Shown: positions 20,363 to 31,646 of the stretch, in pieces | Numbering within the stretch: the first letter of the stretch is position 1 | Layout of the letters: every line of letters begins with the position of its first letter | Position numbers and translations under genes: made by a program | Virus record (IMG/VR): IMGVR_UViG_3300032038_000021 | Span: 1-64,000 of that record | Reading direction: 5' to 3' (one strand) | DNA: 64,000 nt | Source: a virus | Taxonomy: Duplodnaviria; Caudoviricetes | Notes under the pieces: generated by a model | The model's database searches: none | What the model was told of the DNA's origin: nothing | Seen by the model: only the letters and a program-made list of their open reading frames with translations

Positions 20363-21952
20363 ATGAAACAAAGGGATCATTTATATTATGAAAGATATTT
20401 AGCCGTTCAGGAAGCTTCTAATCTTAAAGCATCTGCAGATAAACAAAAGACAGAAGAAAAGAAAAAAGAAAGAGAAGATTTCTATAATTCTCTGAATAAG
20501 TATAGAGAACAGAGAGAACTGAAGAGAAGTGAATTAAGAAAGTTTGCAGAATCTGTATGTGATAATTATATGGAAACTGCTTTAAATGCTATCTATATTT
20601 CTGCTCTACAGCAGATAGCTCCTCTTAGTGAAGAATCTATTTTATTAGCAGAAAAGAATACTGCTAATTATATTAAAGAGCATGGTGGAGCTCGTAATAT
20701 AATTAGATCTAATAAAGGAAGAACCTCTTTATTAGATACTATATTTGAAGCTGTATCTACAGCTACCAATAATGACGTTACTGAATTCCTCAAACTTCAA
20801 GAAGCTGAAAAGGAAGAAGAAGAGGAAGAAAAGAAAGATAAAGAAGAAGATTCTAAGAAGGATGATAACCCTGCTGAGGGCGATGAAAATAAGTCTGGAG
20901 AAGATATCAAAGTCGGAGATGCTGACGGAGATGGTGAAGATGACGCCGAACAGCTTGACGACGGAGCAGAAGCTTCTAAAGAATCCGAAGATGATAATGA
21001 AGAAGATCCGGTAACAGATAAAGAAGATACTAAGGAAACCTTAGACGACGATAAGCCTAAGGATGATAGTGAAGATGATAAAGAATCTGAGGATAGTGAA
21101 GATAAAGAAGAAAAGAAAAATTATACCGATGAATTAGATGACGACGATGACGAAGAAGATGATTCCTCAGATGACGAGAATTCGAACGATGAAGATAGTA
21201 GTGATTCCGAGGAAGACGATTCTGACGATGATATCGATGTAGAAGACGGATTTAAAGCTGCAGATGATTCTAGCGATGATTCTGAAGATGATTCCTCAGA
21301 CGATGAAGATGATAATGATTCTAAGGAAGAAGAATCAGATGAGGATGCATTAGATAAAGAATCTCCAGATGGTGAAACTCCTGGAGGAGAATCTACAGAA
21401 GATGATGTATCTGATTCTATAGATGACGATACTTTAGACGATGACGGTAATCTTAAAGATAATAAGGAAGAAATGTTTAAGAAATTGGAGAACGATGCTG
21501 AAGTTACAGATGCTGTAGATATTATAGCAAAGAGAATCTCCGATGCTGAAACAGAATTTATCCAGAAGAATGCTGAGGATAAGAAGAAGATAGAACAGAT
21601 TGTAAATAAGGTCGATGATCGTATTAAAGCTGTTACTGATTCCGATAAAGATCCCGAAGCTAAGGAAGAAGATATAGAGTCAACACAACAAGAAGCTACT
21701 AGAATGATTACTGATATTAAAGAGAAGAGATTTCATAGTATATTTGAAGAGCTTGTAAAAGATAACTTTGATTATATTATGAAAGACGTATCTCTTAAAG
21801 AGAGCTATACTGATATAAATGGAAAGATTAACGTTGCTCAGATAGTAGAATCTTCTAGAGTAATGTACGGCTTCTTGGAGTTTGTAAATACTATTCAGCT
21901 TGAAAAAGTAAATAGTGAATATATTTTAAAGGTAATTAAGAATCAAATCTAA
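20363..21952 (+). CDS. acidic low-complexity virion/scaffold-like protein
   Basis: About 220-aa D/E/S-rich centre. Confidence 0.6.
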   Translation: MKQRDHLYYERYLAVQEASNLKASADKQKTEEKKKEREDFYNSLNKYREQRELKRSELRKFAESVCDNYMETALNAIYISALQQIAPLSEESILLAEKNTANYIKEHGGARNIIRSNKGRTSLLDTIFEAVSTATNNDVTEFLKLQEAEKEEEEEEKKDKEEDSKKDDNPAEGDENKSGEDIKVGDADGDGEDDAEQLDDGAEASKESEDDNEEDPVTDKEDTKETLDDDKPKDDSEDDKESEDSEDKEEKKNYTDELDDDDDEEDDSSDDENSNDEDSSDSEEDDSDDDIDVEDGFKAADDSSDDSEDDSSDDEDDNDSKEEESDEDALDKESPDGETPGGESTEDDVSDSIDDDTLDDDGNLKDNKEEMFKKLENDAEVTDAVDIIAKRISDAETEFIQKNAEDKKKIEQIVNKVDDRIKAVTDSDKDPEAKEEDIESTQQEATRMITDIKEKRFHSIFEELVKDNFDYIMKDVSLKESYTDINGKINVAQIVESSRVMYGFLEFVNTIQLEKVNSEYILKVIKNQI

Positions 21953-21989
21953 AAATAAAGGAGTAGGGATTAAATCCCTACTCCAATTT

Positions 21990-23159
21990 TTATTTCGTCT
22001 TATGATTCATAATACCGTCAAAGAATTCTTTACGCCTTTTATCACATGATTCGTCATAAACTTCATTTACCAAATTCTTGACATGAAGTCTTGTATTAAA
22101 ATATTCTTCTCCAAGCTTTTTAATTTCTTCGGGAGAAATAGGTGTATCGTATTTAGACTTGTTATCGTAATCTTTTAACGGGTGGTGTTTGAGATCATTA
22201 AGATACTTTACTAAATCCTTATAATTGTCTTTTTTCGGAAAACTCTCCTCGATTACACAAGATTCATGCATAGAAGTATCATCTATATCTCTTATATCTT
22301 CGACCACCTTAAGACTTGACAGCCTTACAGAAATAGACTCAACCATATCATTGAGAATACTCATTTCATGGTTGATCTCATTGATAGATTCAGCCATTAC
22401 ATCATAACAGTCTTTGATATCTGAAGCAAATTCCTGCACGGATTCAAAATCAAATCCACATTGACGAGCTGTATCTTTATCTATGATACGCTCGTCATAA
22501 AGAGCATTAGATTTTTCTATTGGTTCTTCTGTCAAATCCGGCAATCCACCTACCCAAGCTGCAAGCATCATTAGATCGGATCTGTTATATTTGTTAAACA
22601 TTTCCGGATCTATTTTATCATAGTCTATCTCCATGTCGTCCGTATAAATATAAGGCATCGATGAGTATATTGCTATCCTCTTATTGGATCCTTTGTCCCT
22701 ATGAACACCATACGTTCTTTCAAGTTCTTCACTTCTATTATCAGCAAGCTCCCCATTGTCAATTCTTACTTCAAACTGTCTGGGGATATCAAGCAGATTA
22801 TTTATATATCTGTCAAGATGAGGGCCCGCCTCAAAGATTACATATGTGGAAGTTACACCACTATATTTTTCACCATCTTCTCCATCATAAATATCCTTAT
22901 CAAAATGGCCTTGGCAAGAATAAATAGTCTTGTAACCCTTTCTGTTGAGTTCCAGGATAATTGGTGCCATAAGTGCGTCTACTACAATACAGTCTTCAGG
23001 AATATCCTCATCGGATATTATTAAATCTTTTTGATCATAGGCAAATCCATCGAGATGATCCTGAATTTGAAAAGTCTTCAGGTTCACCAAGAGACAATCT
23101 CTATAAAGTTTGCCTCCATTATTGCAACAAACATTATCTTCAAAAGTATTATACTTCAT
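21990..23159 (-). CDS. hypothetical protein with LNxKGYxTxxSCxGH motif
   Basis: Motif seen in translation; early-type motif at 23206-23215. Confidence 0.65.
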   Translation of the reverse strand: MKYNTFEDNVCCNNGGKLYRDCLLVNLKTFQIQDHLDGFAYDQKDLIISDEDIPEDCIVVDALMAPIILELNRKGYKTIYSCQGHFDKDIYDGEDGEKYSGVTSTYVIFEAGPHLDRYINNLLDIPRQFEVRIDNGELADNRSEELERTYGVHRDKGSNKRIAIYSSMPYIYTDDMEIDYDKIDPEMFNKYNRSDLMMLAAWVGGLPDLTEEPIEKSNALYDERIIDKDTARQCGFDFESVQEFASDIKDCYDVMAESINEINHEMSILNDMVESISVRLSSLKVVEDIRDIDDTSMHESCVIEESFPKKDNYKDLVKYLNDLKHHPLKDYDNKSKYDTPISPEEIKKLGEEYFNTRLHVKNLVNEVYDESCDKRRKEFFDGIMNHKTK

Positions 23160-23276
23160 TTTTGTTATCCTTTCTTTGAAATGAGATTATTGTTATTTGC
23201 ACTATTATAGTATATGATTAAAATCCATTTAATTTCACTTTATTATAATATTACTGTATTAAAGGAGATAATAGAT

Positions 23277-24077
23277 ATGTTCTACGGAGTTATTGAGGAG
23301 AATTATCTCTATGAATTTAATCTTAAAGAAGCTAAAAACGTACTTGTGCAACGTATTAAACGTGCTGTACTTAGCTTTATAGATAAAATAGATAATTGGT
23401 TAAATAAACATAAAGATTCTAAAGTTAAATCAATAATACAAGGAATTCTCAAAAAAGTTAGAAAACTCCTTGTAAAGTGTGATAATATCGAGACAGAATC
23501 TGATGCTAAGGGTGTAATAAAAGATTTTGAAGAGTATAAATCAGAATTCAAGGAAAATACCGAGATTAAATTTGAGCATGTAGATATGTTTATTCCAGAT
23601 GAAGATTTGAATAAAATCAAAAATTATTTTAACGATGAATTAGATAAACGGATAGAATCATTTAAAAGATACAATGATTCTACAGCGACTAAATATAATT
23701 TCAAAGATATAAAAGATTATTTTGAAGTATATTTAAGTGCAGAGTATAAAATGATATTATCTAGCATATATAATGTATTAAATAGAGAATTATTAAAAAC
23801 TGAATTATATACTACTAATCCAAACGCTGTAAGATTTAAAGCTGGATATTATAAAAAAGATGTCTTAAAATTCTTAATTAATCAAACAGATAAATTAGCA
23901 AATAATATTAAATTAAAAACCTATAATGGTGAAAATATAGACGAATACTTAGAAAACTTTAAGAATCATATAATCGATAAGGTTATTGCATTAGCTCATT
24001 ATTGTGAGGCCAATTTCAATAAGATGGTAAAAGATGCAGAGATTGAAACATATAAAGAATTACAACGATTCAAATGA
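23277..24077 (+). CDS. putative internal head protein with MFYGVIxE leader
   Basis: Start at 23277 after AAGGAG gives MFYGVIEE. Confidence 0.7.
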   Translation: MFYGVIEENYLYEFNLKEAKNVLVQRIKRAVLSFIDKIDNWLNKHKDSKVKSIIQGILKKVRKLLVKCDNIETESDAKGVIKDFEEYKSEFKENTEIKFEHVDMFIPDEDLNKIKNYFNDELDKRIESFKRYNDSTATKYNFKDIKDYFEVYLSAEYKMILSSIYNVLNRELLKTELYTTNPNAVRFKAGYYKKDVLKFLINQTDKLANNIKLKTYNGENIDEYLENFKNHIIDKVIALAHYCEANFNKMVKDAEIETYKELQRFK

Positions 24078-24117
24078 TTAAAATCCCGATAGGACCATAT
24101 CCTATCGGGAATATAGA

Positions 24118-24501
24118 TTAATCATCTAAAAGATCTGTATAGTTCTCAGTAACTTTTTCTTTAGTGTTCTTTACTATTTCCTTAGGTTCCTTAGCATCTT
24201 CCTTCTTTTCGCACTCAGGACCACAATCTTTACCTTCCTTTATTAGAGTAAAACCATTACTGTCATACTCAATACGTTCTATATTGTGCTCCTTGATAGA
24301 AGATTCACTATAAGATTTAAGCTTACTGAAATCAGCAATTAAAAGCTTCTCTAATCTCTCAGCTTCACTATCATCCTTAGCTACAACCACAATCTCAGCA
24401 CCACCATAGAATTTACCAGTACAATAACTATTCTTAACTCGCTGTGCGTTCTCTTGCTCTTTCAGAATTCTTACCTTTGCATTATCGGAATAGATTCCCA
24501 T
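24118..24501 (-). CDS. putative virion protein
   Basis: MGIYS N-terminus like 12003-13133 (MGVYS). Confidence 0.55.
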   Translation of the reverse strand: MGIYSDNAKVRILKEQENAQRVKNSYCTGKFYGGAEIVVVAKDDSEAERLEKLLIADFSKLKSYSESSIKEHNIERIEYDSNGFTLIKEGKDCGPECEKKEDAKEPKEIVKNTKEKVTENYTDLLDD

Positions 24502-24556
24502 TATCTTAATCTCCTTTCAGATAAATATAAGAGTAATAATTAATCTAATGTGATTA

Positions 24557-25753
24557 TTAACTGCTCTTACCTGCTACTTTAGAGATAATTCTAATAAAGT
24601 AGTATTTTATAGCTTTTCTATATGCTATAGCTGTAGCTTTTCTAGACTTTCTCCTTCTATAATTAGGAGAATTCTCATCCAACCAACTCATTATAATTTC
24701 TTGTAATTCTATAATATATTTATCTTTGCTATTCGGTTTTTCTTTTAGACTATATTCTATAAAAGCAATATTATCAACCCTAACACCATGATTATTTCTC
24801 ATAAAATCACAGATAAGAATATTACATACCCTATACATTTGATTGATATTATGCTTATCAGATACAATAGCTTCTATAATATCTCTTAATTCTGTAGGTC
24901 TAAGATTTGCGTCTTTAAATTCATTACAAATAGAAAGATCTACATTATTTACCAGCATAAAGTTTACAGCATTTTCTGTAATTCTAGCTGCTATAGTAGC
25001 ATCCGAATCGGTAATTCTAAATTCATCTGCATCGGTTACGTTATCAGATTCATAATTTAGATAATACTTATTTTCAAAAGCATTATAATATAATTTAGCA
25101 ATTTTATTCAAGAAAGCAGATTCTCTATCTCTTAACTGCTGTACAAAATACTTAATATCTTCATCTTCACAATCGGTAAGTATTTCATTTTTATAAGTTT
25201 CTAATGTAGTTATTGCTAGTTTTCTAATAGCACCAAATACACTACCAGTAGTCTTAAGATCAAATTTATCATTAAGCATATTATTTACTACATAATCCAT
25301 TGTTGATCTATATTTACTGGGAGGAATAGGGAACCATTTAGCAAATAACGATGCGTAGAATTTACCACTAAACGCTAAATATATAATACTAATCTCCGCT
25401 TCTTTTTGTTTCTTATGCTTTAAGAAGTATAGAATAATAACCATTATTACTTCTACATAAGGTTCTTTTACACACGGAGGATTTATATCCTTTCCGTACC
25501 AATAACATCCTTCAAGAATTTTAGCTACTTGATCTTCTGTAATACCTAAAGAGTTAAATAGATTATTAATATCGGTTTTAGTATAATATATAATATCATA
25601 AGGACCTATATCATACATAATATCATGATTTTTATTAAAGAAATTCGCTAAGTGTGCTTTATATTTATTTTCGTTTTTTGCTATTTTATCTTCTATAAAA
25701 TTGTATAGCTCAGTAGCTATAACATTTGTCATTTTTCCATAAACAATAGACAT
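24557..25753 (-). CDS. hypothetical helical protein, late-type motif upstream
   Basis: 398-aa ORF, GGAGG RBS, motif at 25797. Confidence 0.7.
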   Translation of the reverse strand: MSIVYGKMTNVIATELYNFIEDKIAKNENKYKAHLANFFNKNHDIMYDIGPYDIIYYTKTDINNLFNSLGITEDQVAKILEGCYWYGKDINPPCVKEPYVEVIMVIILYFLKHKKQKEAEISIIYLAFSGKFYASLFAKWFPIPPSKYRSTMDYVVNNMLNDKFDLKTTGSVFGAIRKLAITTLETYKNEILTDCEDEDIKYFVQQLRDRESAFLNKIAKLYYNAFENKYYLNYESDNVTDADEFRITDSDATIAARITENAVNFMLVNNVDLSICNEFKDANLRPTELRDIIEAIVSDKHNINQMYRVCNILICDFMRNNHGVRVDNIAFIEYSLKEKPNSKDKYIIELQEIIMSWLDENSPNYRRRKSRKATAIAYRKAIKYYFIRIISKVAGKSS

Positions 25754-25833
25754 TTATTATCTCCCTCCTTTAAAACTGGGATTATTATAAGATTGTTAAA
25801 GTGTAGCTATTTACACGATTTTAACATAAAGAT

Positions 25834-25972
25834 AAAGTGTGGTTTAAGAATAAGATAAAGGTTGCTGGGTTTAACAAGTGTGTTGTAATAAAGGTTTAAA
25901 ATCACTCCGCTTTTGATATGGTTTTGTGCTGATTTCATATGGGTTCTTTTCAAATCTTATTCTTAAACCATC
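25834..25972 (+). ncRNA. candidate structured ncRNA
   Basis: AACA-N6-TA at 25823, 17-bp perfect closing stem 25840-25856/25954-25970, hairpin 25994-26019. Confidence 0.5.
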
Positions 25973-26024
25973 TTATAAAAAATAAATATTACTCCCGGTA
26001 GGTATAATAGCCTACCGGGATATT

Positions 26025-26927
26025 TTATCTAAATACAACCCCATCTATAATAAGCTGATTCAATACAGGAATTATCCTATTATATTCGGAGGATATCTTC
26101 TTTATATCAAATCTAGTCTGCTTATCGAATACTGCTACATAGTTAGCGTAACTGTTTAATACTTTAAATATATCTTGACTAGTCATAGAGTTTACTATAA
26201 TCAATATAGCAGAATTTATATTATAGTAATTAGACAACTCCGTACTATTTAATGTATCAAGATCATATATTTGAGTAGCAGTTACATTAAATACGATACT
26301 AAAAGATTCATACAGATGAGAATATATATCTATGATCTGTTTTGGTGAAAAATCATAACCTAATCTCATTATAAATTCGTTTACTCTTCTAATACACTCC
26401 TCTATATTAAAAGAGCTATATCTACTCATAACGATGAATATAGCATCAATTTCTTCCATCATCGTTGTAAGTGGTAATATTGAATTTATATTAATAGTCT
26501 TTACAATATCGATTAATGTTTTAGTTACCGGATCATTTACTAGAGTTCTTCCTATTTCTACGTAATAATCATAAGAAATCTTACAAATAGAAATATTATA
26601 GAATCTCTTTACATAGTCTCTAATATTCTTATATTCTGAAACAATCTTAAAAAACATATCAACGAACGTTTCATTCGTCCACAACTGTTGATATATTTTT
26701 CTTGTCTCCGGGTTCTTGAATCCATCGTAATCACAATACTTAGATATATGATTTCCGATCTCGTATTCAATACCCGGAGCAGAAATACTACCTTCCTGAA
26801 TCTTCTTCAGGAAGGTAGAAAGATTATATTCATCTGTGCTGAACGCAAAGTTCAGCCCTCCATTAGGAGGTGATATATTCGTCTCTTTTTCATTAATATT
26901 TTCTAAGCTAGGGAAAAGACTTCCCAT
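26025..26927 (-). CDS. hypothetical protein
   Basis: 300-aa ORF with RBS. Confidence 0.7.
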   Translation of the reverse strand: MGSLFPSLENINEKETNISPPNGGLNFAFSTDEYNLSTFLKKIQEGSISAPGIEYEIGNHISKYCDYDGFKNPETRKIYQQLWTNETFVDMFFKIVSEYKNIRDYVKRFYNISICKISYDYYVEIGRTLVNDPVTKTLIDIVKTININSILPLTTMMEEIDAIFIVMSRYSSFNIEECIRRVNEFIMRLGYDFSPKQIIDIYSHLYESFSIVFNVTATQIYDLDTLNSTELSNYYNINSAILIIVNSMTSQDIFKVLNSYANYVAVFDKQTRFDIKKISSEYNRIIPVLNQLIIDGVVFR

Positions 26928-26930
26928 GTT

Positions 26931-27887
26931 TTAATCACCTCCTAAATTAAGAGTATATAGTGATTTTCCAGCTTTCTGAAGATTAGCGTCGAGTTGAGAG
27001 TCGTATACAGCATCTCTATAACCTCTATAACCGTCTACTATCTTCATAATATCTCCCCCGTACATATTGTTTAAATACTTAATATACTGAAGAGATAACT
27101 CTAGGTTAATATAGCCATTATAACACATATCATGACTATAACTTCCTTTCGGATTTCCCATAATATCTTCATATAGATATTTACCAGTGAAATCCAAAAT
27201 ACCACAATAGCCTGTTGCTGTAGAATTCGGATTCTTAGAATCCTCCTGACCTCTAGATTCGTTCATAGCTATAGCTAGAACTAAAGCAACAGCATCATCT
27301 GATAATCCATTTTGAGATGCTAATGATTCAAGAGTATCGATCTGATCGTAAGTTATATCCGTTCTACGATCTTCATCTGGAATATTCTCATCCATAGAAT
27401 TGATTATAGCATAATCGTATTTATCATATAACTCAGCTCTATGTCTAAGATCTTCCAACTCAGAATTATCAGTATTAGATTTACTAACAATTTCTGAATT
27501 CTGATTAAGCAACTCTGCGTTTGTCTGAGACATTCCTACAAAATCATTATATAATGAATTATAGGCATTGACAACAGTTACGATATCATCCTGGTAAGAT
27601 TTGATCTCATTATCCTGCCGTTCTACAGTATTCTCTAAACTTACAATACGGGTGCTATTAAAGAAAGTATTATTCTGCAATTCCTTCTCAACAGTAGTAA
27701 GCTTGTTCATTGCTATCACTGTAGTTACGAAGAAAACAACGGCAGCAATAGAAGCAGCGATAGTTAAATATCTAAACCGATGAATACTTTGTTGCATCGT
27801 ATAGATATTTCTATCTTTGGTGTCTTGAGAGTAATATCTTGAACTGGTTGATAAGTTACGTGTGGTGGTGAATTTTTTAGAGTTCAT
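26931..27887 (-). CDS. membrane-anchored coiled-coil protein with SLT-like lytic transglycosylase domain
   Basis: TM helix, coiled coil, AIAMNES catalytic Glu, ATGYCGI, NLELSLQYI. Confidence 0.7.
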   Translation of the reverse strand: MNSKKFTTTRNLSTSSRYYSQDTKDRNIYTMQQSIHRFRYLTIAASIAAVVFFVTTVIAMNKLTTVEKELQNNTFFNSTRIVSLENTVERQDNEIKSYQDDIVTVVNAYNSLYNDFVGMSQTNAELLNQNSEIVSKSNTDNSELEDLRHRAELYDKYDYAIINSMDENIPDEDRRTDITYDQIDTLESLASQNGLSDDAVALVLAIAMNESRGQEDSKNPNSTATGYCGILDFTGKYLYEDIMGNPKGSYSHDMCYNGYINLELSLQYIKYLNNMYGGDIMKIVDGYRGYRDAVYDSQLDANLQKAGKSLYTLNLGGD

Positions 27888-27976
27888 TTACATTCTCCTT
27901 TAGTAGTATCATGCATATCTATACCTTTATATAGATATAATTACTATTACATCTATATAGTATATTATTAAAATAA

Positions 27977-28159
27977 TTATTTATTCCGAGAATTATCCTT
28001 ACTCTCATTTAACACCTGTTGATCATAAGTCTTCTGATCACTCTCGTTCAACTTCTCAAAAAATCCACCTAAATCACCCTGTTCTCCAATAAAATAAGTA
28101 CCATTATCTTTCTTATCTTCTTTTTCTAACCCCATAGACTGCATAAGAATGTTAGCCAT
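27977..28159 (-). CDS. small hypothetical protein
   Basis: GGAGG RBS. Confidence 0.6.
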   Translation of the reverse strand: MANILMQSMGLEKEDKKDNGTYFIGEQGDLGGFFEKLNESDQKTYDQQVLNESKDNSRNK

Positions 28160-28229
28160 TATAATTACCTCCTACATTATTTATGTAAACTTTAGGTAAT
28201 CAGAATTATATCTGATTACCTAATTGTGA

Positions 28230-30359
28230 TTATAATTGAATTATATTCGTATAATTGACCGAATTCTTGTGTAATCTCTGAATTCCTACAGATTCAAACG
28301 TAAATCCAGATATATTATTATTAATAATCGTTTTATAATCAATAAATTCTAATAGCCAATCCGGAACTTTTAGATCTAACGGTATTGCTACAGCATCTAT
28401 TGATCCTTTAAATATCTTATGATCTTTATCTAATTTATCATCTTCTTCAAATACCTTTAATATATTCTCATATACCTCAGGATATTTATCTTTGATAGAT
28501 TTTACACTAGCTGGAGTGATATTGGTCTTAGCAATATCTATAGCATTTCTTTCATCTAGATTAATCGCTGGCATATTTGCTGGTTTAATCTTATTCCAAG
28601 CATAAGATGCTTTTATACCTTGGATTCTAAAAGGTGCATCATAATTAGATTGTGATTTGATTGTAGCAGGTTTATAGAATTCCCTGGAACCAGATAAAAT
28701 AGAATCAGCAATTTTCTTCTCCAGTATAGCAATATCTTTAATAATTTTAAATTGATCTATTGTAGGAGTATTCATTATATCCTCTAATAAGATCTTCTTT
28801 AAAGCTTCTTTTGTAGATTCTGCTGTACTGGATTTAGCCATAGATTGAATTCCCTTAATATCTAATTGTTTATTCTTGGGAATCATATTACCTTCTTGTA
28901 GTTCCTGAATAGAAGCATAATTCTTCTTAGACTCTGTTAATAATAATCTCTTAAATAAGAATTCGTTCTTAGCATACATTCTACAAGGATAATTTTTATC
29001 ATAAGAGAAATTTCTCTTTGTCTGTTGCTCCATATAATCGTTTACTAATTTATCCAAAACATAACAGATTATATTTATTATAGTAAATCTAAGATTATCT
29101 TCTGGATATATTTTAAATGGATTTATAACGTGCTTTAATTCGATTAATTCGTCATTTTCAAAATCATAATCATATTCAGGATCTACTTTAATAAACGGAG
29201 ATAATTGAGATTTATTTGTAAAATCTCCAAATTCATCTCTCTCTAATATTTCAAATACACTATCAGGAACATATCTCTTTATATTAAGATCCTCATATTT
29301 TACCATATCTAATACGAAATGATACCAAGCATCAAGAGATATTATTGTACTATCTGTATCAGAAATTACACAGATATTCTTAATCATATTCTCAGCTTTC
29401 TCTATACGATCAGCATACATCCAAGGATAATATACATACTCTTTCAATAAAGCTGTGAAATATTCCAAAGATTCTTTAATCTCTTTTGGACATTTAGCCG
29501 GTTCGTAATATGGAGTTTTAAGATCTTTAATCATAGATATGATAAGTTCTCTTACTTTACTATTCTCACAGAAGTTATAGAGATTATTCTTATAATATAC
29601 TCTATTAAGATCTTCTTGTCCGAGATTATTTACCACTCTCCATATAATTTCTAATTCATCGTTATTCGGAACCCATCTAAATCCAGAAGTTAATACTAAT
29701 TTAGCAAAACAATCTGCTGCGGTAACGTAAGTATCAAGTATCTGATAATCATTAAATTTTCTATCGTTTCTTTCATTAATTACATTATCTACAAATTGCA
29801 ATACTTCGTCTAAAGATCCAAATTTTACATTATTAGATAAGAACGATTCAAAGAATAACATCATTGTAGATACACTAGTTCTACCTTGAGATGTAATACT
29901 AGTAGCTACATTGATATTATATATAGCGGAGGTATACATCCCGATACATCCATATAATCCGTTCGTATCAATCTTGTCCAATTGTTGTAATAGGTTATAA
30001 TGCTCAAATTCCTCACTTCCTTTAGGATATTTAAACATTTCTTTTTTATGAATTCCTCTAGCGTTTAGAAATTGTTCTACTACAACATTTAACGGATTAG
30101 GAACAGTACCTTTCTTTTTAAACATTGTACCATAACTAGTTACAATCGGTTCTTTACTGGCTATATATTCTGCTACTGCTAATAGAGATAATCTACTAGT
30201 CGTATTCTTATAAGTATTTACAACCTCTACGTTCTTATTCTCTCTATATCTCTTATTTATAGAATAATCTATTATAGGAGATAATTCTTCCTTACTGATA
30301 AAAGGATTGTATAGTTGTATGATTCTAGTCATTATATCTTTATATTTTTCAATAATCAT
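28230..30359 (-). CDS. family B DNA polymerase, polymerase-domain subunit (no exonuclease domain)
   Basis: KIDTNGLYG (motif B), SDTDS (motif C), KKNY; no recognisable ExoI-III. Confidence 0.8.
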   Translation of the reverse strand: MIIEKYKDIMTRIIQLYNPFISKEELSPIIDYSINKRYRENKNVEVVNTYKNTTSRLSLLAVAEYIASKEPIVTSYGTMFKKKGTVPNPLNVVVEQFLNARGIHKKEMFKYPKGSEEFEHYNLLQQLDKIDTNGLYGCIGMYTSAIYNINVATSITSQGRTSVSTMMLFFESFLSNNVKFGSLDEVLQFVDNVINERNDRKFNDYQILDTYVTAADCFAKLVLTSGFRWVPNNDELEIIWRVVNNLGQEDLNRVYYKNNLYNFCENSKVRELIISMIKDLKTPYYEPAKCPKEIKESLEYFTALLKEYVYYPWMYADRIEKAENMIKNICVISDTDSTIISLDAWYHFVLDMVKYEDLNIKRYVPDSVFEILERDEFGDFTNKSQLSPFIKVDPEYDYDFENDELIELKHVINPFKIYPEDNLRFTIINIICYVLDKLVNDYMEQQTKRNFSYDKNYPCRMYAKNEFLFKRLLLTESKKNYASIQELQEGNMIPKNKQLDIKGIQSMAKSSTAESTKEALKKILLEDIMNTPTIDQFKIIKDIAILEKKIADSILSGSREFYKPATIKSQSNYDAPFRIQGIKASYAWNKIKPANMPAINLDERNAIDIAKTNITPASVKSIKDKYPEVYENILKVFEEDDKLDKDHKIFKGSIDAVAIPLDLKVPDWLLEFIDYKTIINNNISGFTFESVGIQRLHKNSVNYTNIIQL

Positions 30360-30571
30360 CGATTATTAATCCTCCAGTGTATTAATTATGAAAGTGTGTT
30401 TCCAATATTATAATTATATTATACGATCGAAAATAGGTTTAGTTTATCAAAATCTAACACAGATAACATTCAATTAAAGTCAAAGAATAAAACAAATAAT
30501 CTAATCCGGGGTATATTTATATTTATAAATCAATCTAATAGATAATTCTTAATATTAAGGAGGAAAATAAA

Positions 30572-30985
30572 ATGTCGTTATATGGTCATTCTAATTTGAA
30601 TGAAGATCTTAACGGACTTGACATGGATGCTGTAATGGAGTCGTTCTTTTATGACGATCTTTCTCGTATGAGTGATACTGCTCTTAATGAATTCTTAGAA
30701 TCAGAACAGTGCAAGGCTCTTCAGGAAAAGACAGCATTCGCAAAGCCGACACTTATGAGACTTGACAAGGCTGCAGACAAGCTCCGTAGAATTCGTCTTC
30801 TTTGCTACACCCTTGCTCAGAACGCCAAGGACCCGAACTGGGCTAAGTGCAAGAAGTATCGTGCTCTTTGGAAGAAGCATAGGGCTGCTATCTTTAAGAA
30901 GTATGGTAATCCTGCTACAAGATATGCAAGCATTGCTCAGAAGCAATATATCAAGAAAGTTCAGACCGGTGAAACCAATAAGTAA
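30572..30985 (+). CDS. highly expressed small virion protein
   Basis: Late motif at 30465; codon bias like the capsid gene. Confidence 0.6.
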   Translation: MSLYGHSNLNEDLNGLDMDAVMESFFYDDLSRMSDTALNEFLESEQCKALQEKTAFAKPTLMRLDKAADKLRRIRLLCYTLAQNAKDPNWAKCKKYRALWKKHRAAIFKKYGNPATRYASIAQKQYIKKVQTGETNK

Positions 30986-31111
30986 TATTTTATATTTGTA
31001 CAAATAAGATATCCCGTAGGAATATCCTACGGGATGTTTTTATCAAAATTATTTTTAATTATATACTATAATAGTGTAGCACCTATCTTTAATCTAAGAA
31101 AGGAAACTTAT

Positions 31112-31642
31112 ATGTTTGATAAATCTAAACTACTACTATTAAATTCAGTAGAAGCACATAATCAATGGTGGAATATGTATAATATCGATGGAGAAGCTCC
31201 AGATCACCATATGCTATTTAATGGTCATGAATTTTCTATTATATTGGAAATAGATCCTCGCGATAGATATGGTTTCAGTGTAAATCCTTATATAAAATTA
31301 TGTAGTTCTGATAATGTGGAAGCTGCAGTTTGGGATAAGTCTATAGGTGTTTCTAAAATAACTCTTTTAAATCCTAGAATTTTATATAACGATGATAGAT
31401 ATACACAGATAGCTTTTAATAAGAAAGTATTAAGAGATCTAAACGAAGCGTTTATGAATTATAAAATATTATATAATTCATCGTACTATACATTATTTGA
31501 AGCTGTAAAATACTTTATGAGGTATGATTGTTATAATATGGAAGTTACACATAAAGATTCTATAGATTTTACTGTAATTGATAATTATAAAGAATATTAT
31601 GGAAATATAGCAAAAATTTATAGCGAACCTTGGGAGGAGTAA
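31112..31642 (+). CDS. hypothetical early protein
   Basis: ATATACTATA at 31061; start after AAGGA. Confidence 0.6.
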   Translation: MFDKSKLLLLNSVEAHNQWWNMYNIDGEAPDHHMLFNGHEFSIILEIDPRDRYGFSVNPYIKLCSSDNVEAAVWDKSIGVSKITLLNPRILYNDDRYTQIAFNKKVLRDLNEAFMNYKILYNSSYYTLFEAVKYFMRYDCYNMEVTHKDSIDFTVIDNYKEYYGNIAKIYSEPWEE

Positions 31643-31646
31643 ATTT

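Noticed and set aside
20800-21460. GATGAT-rich tracts as cassette cores or tandem repeats
   Set aside because: Plus-strand Asp/Glu low-complexity coding sequence within an ordinary gene.
24557-25753. Possible sigma-like subunit of phage RNAP
   Set aside because: No motif I can verify; left as hypothetical pending HHpred.
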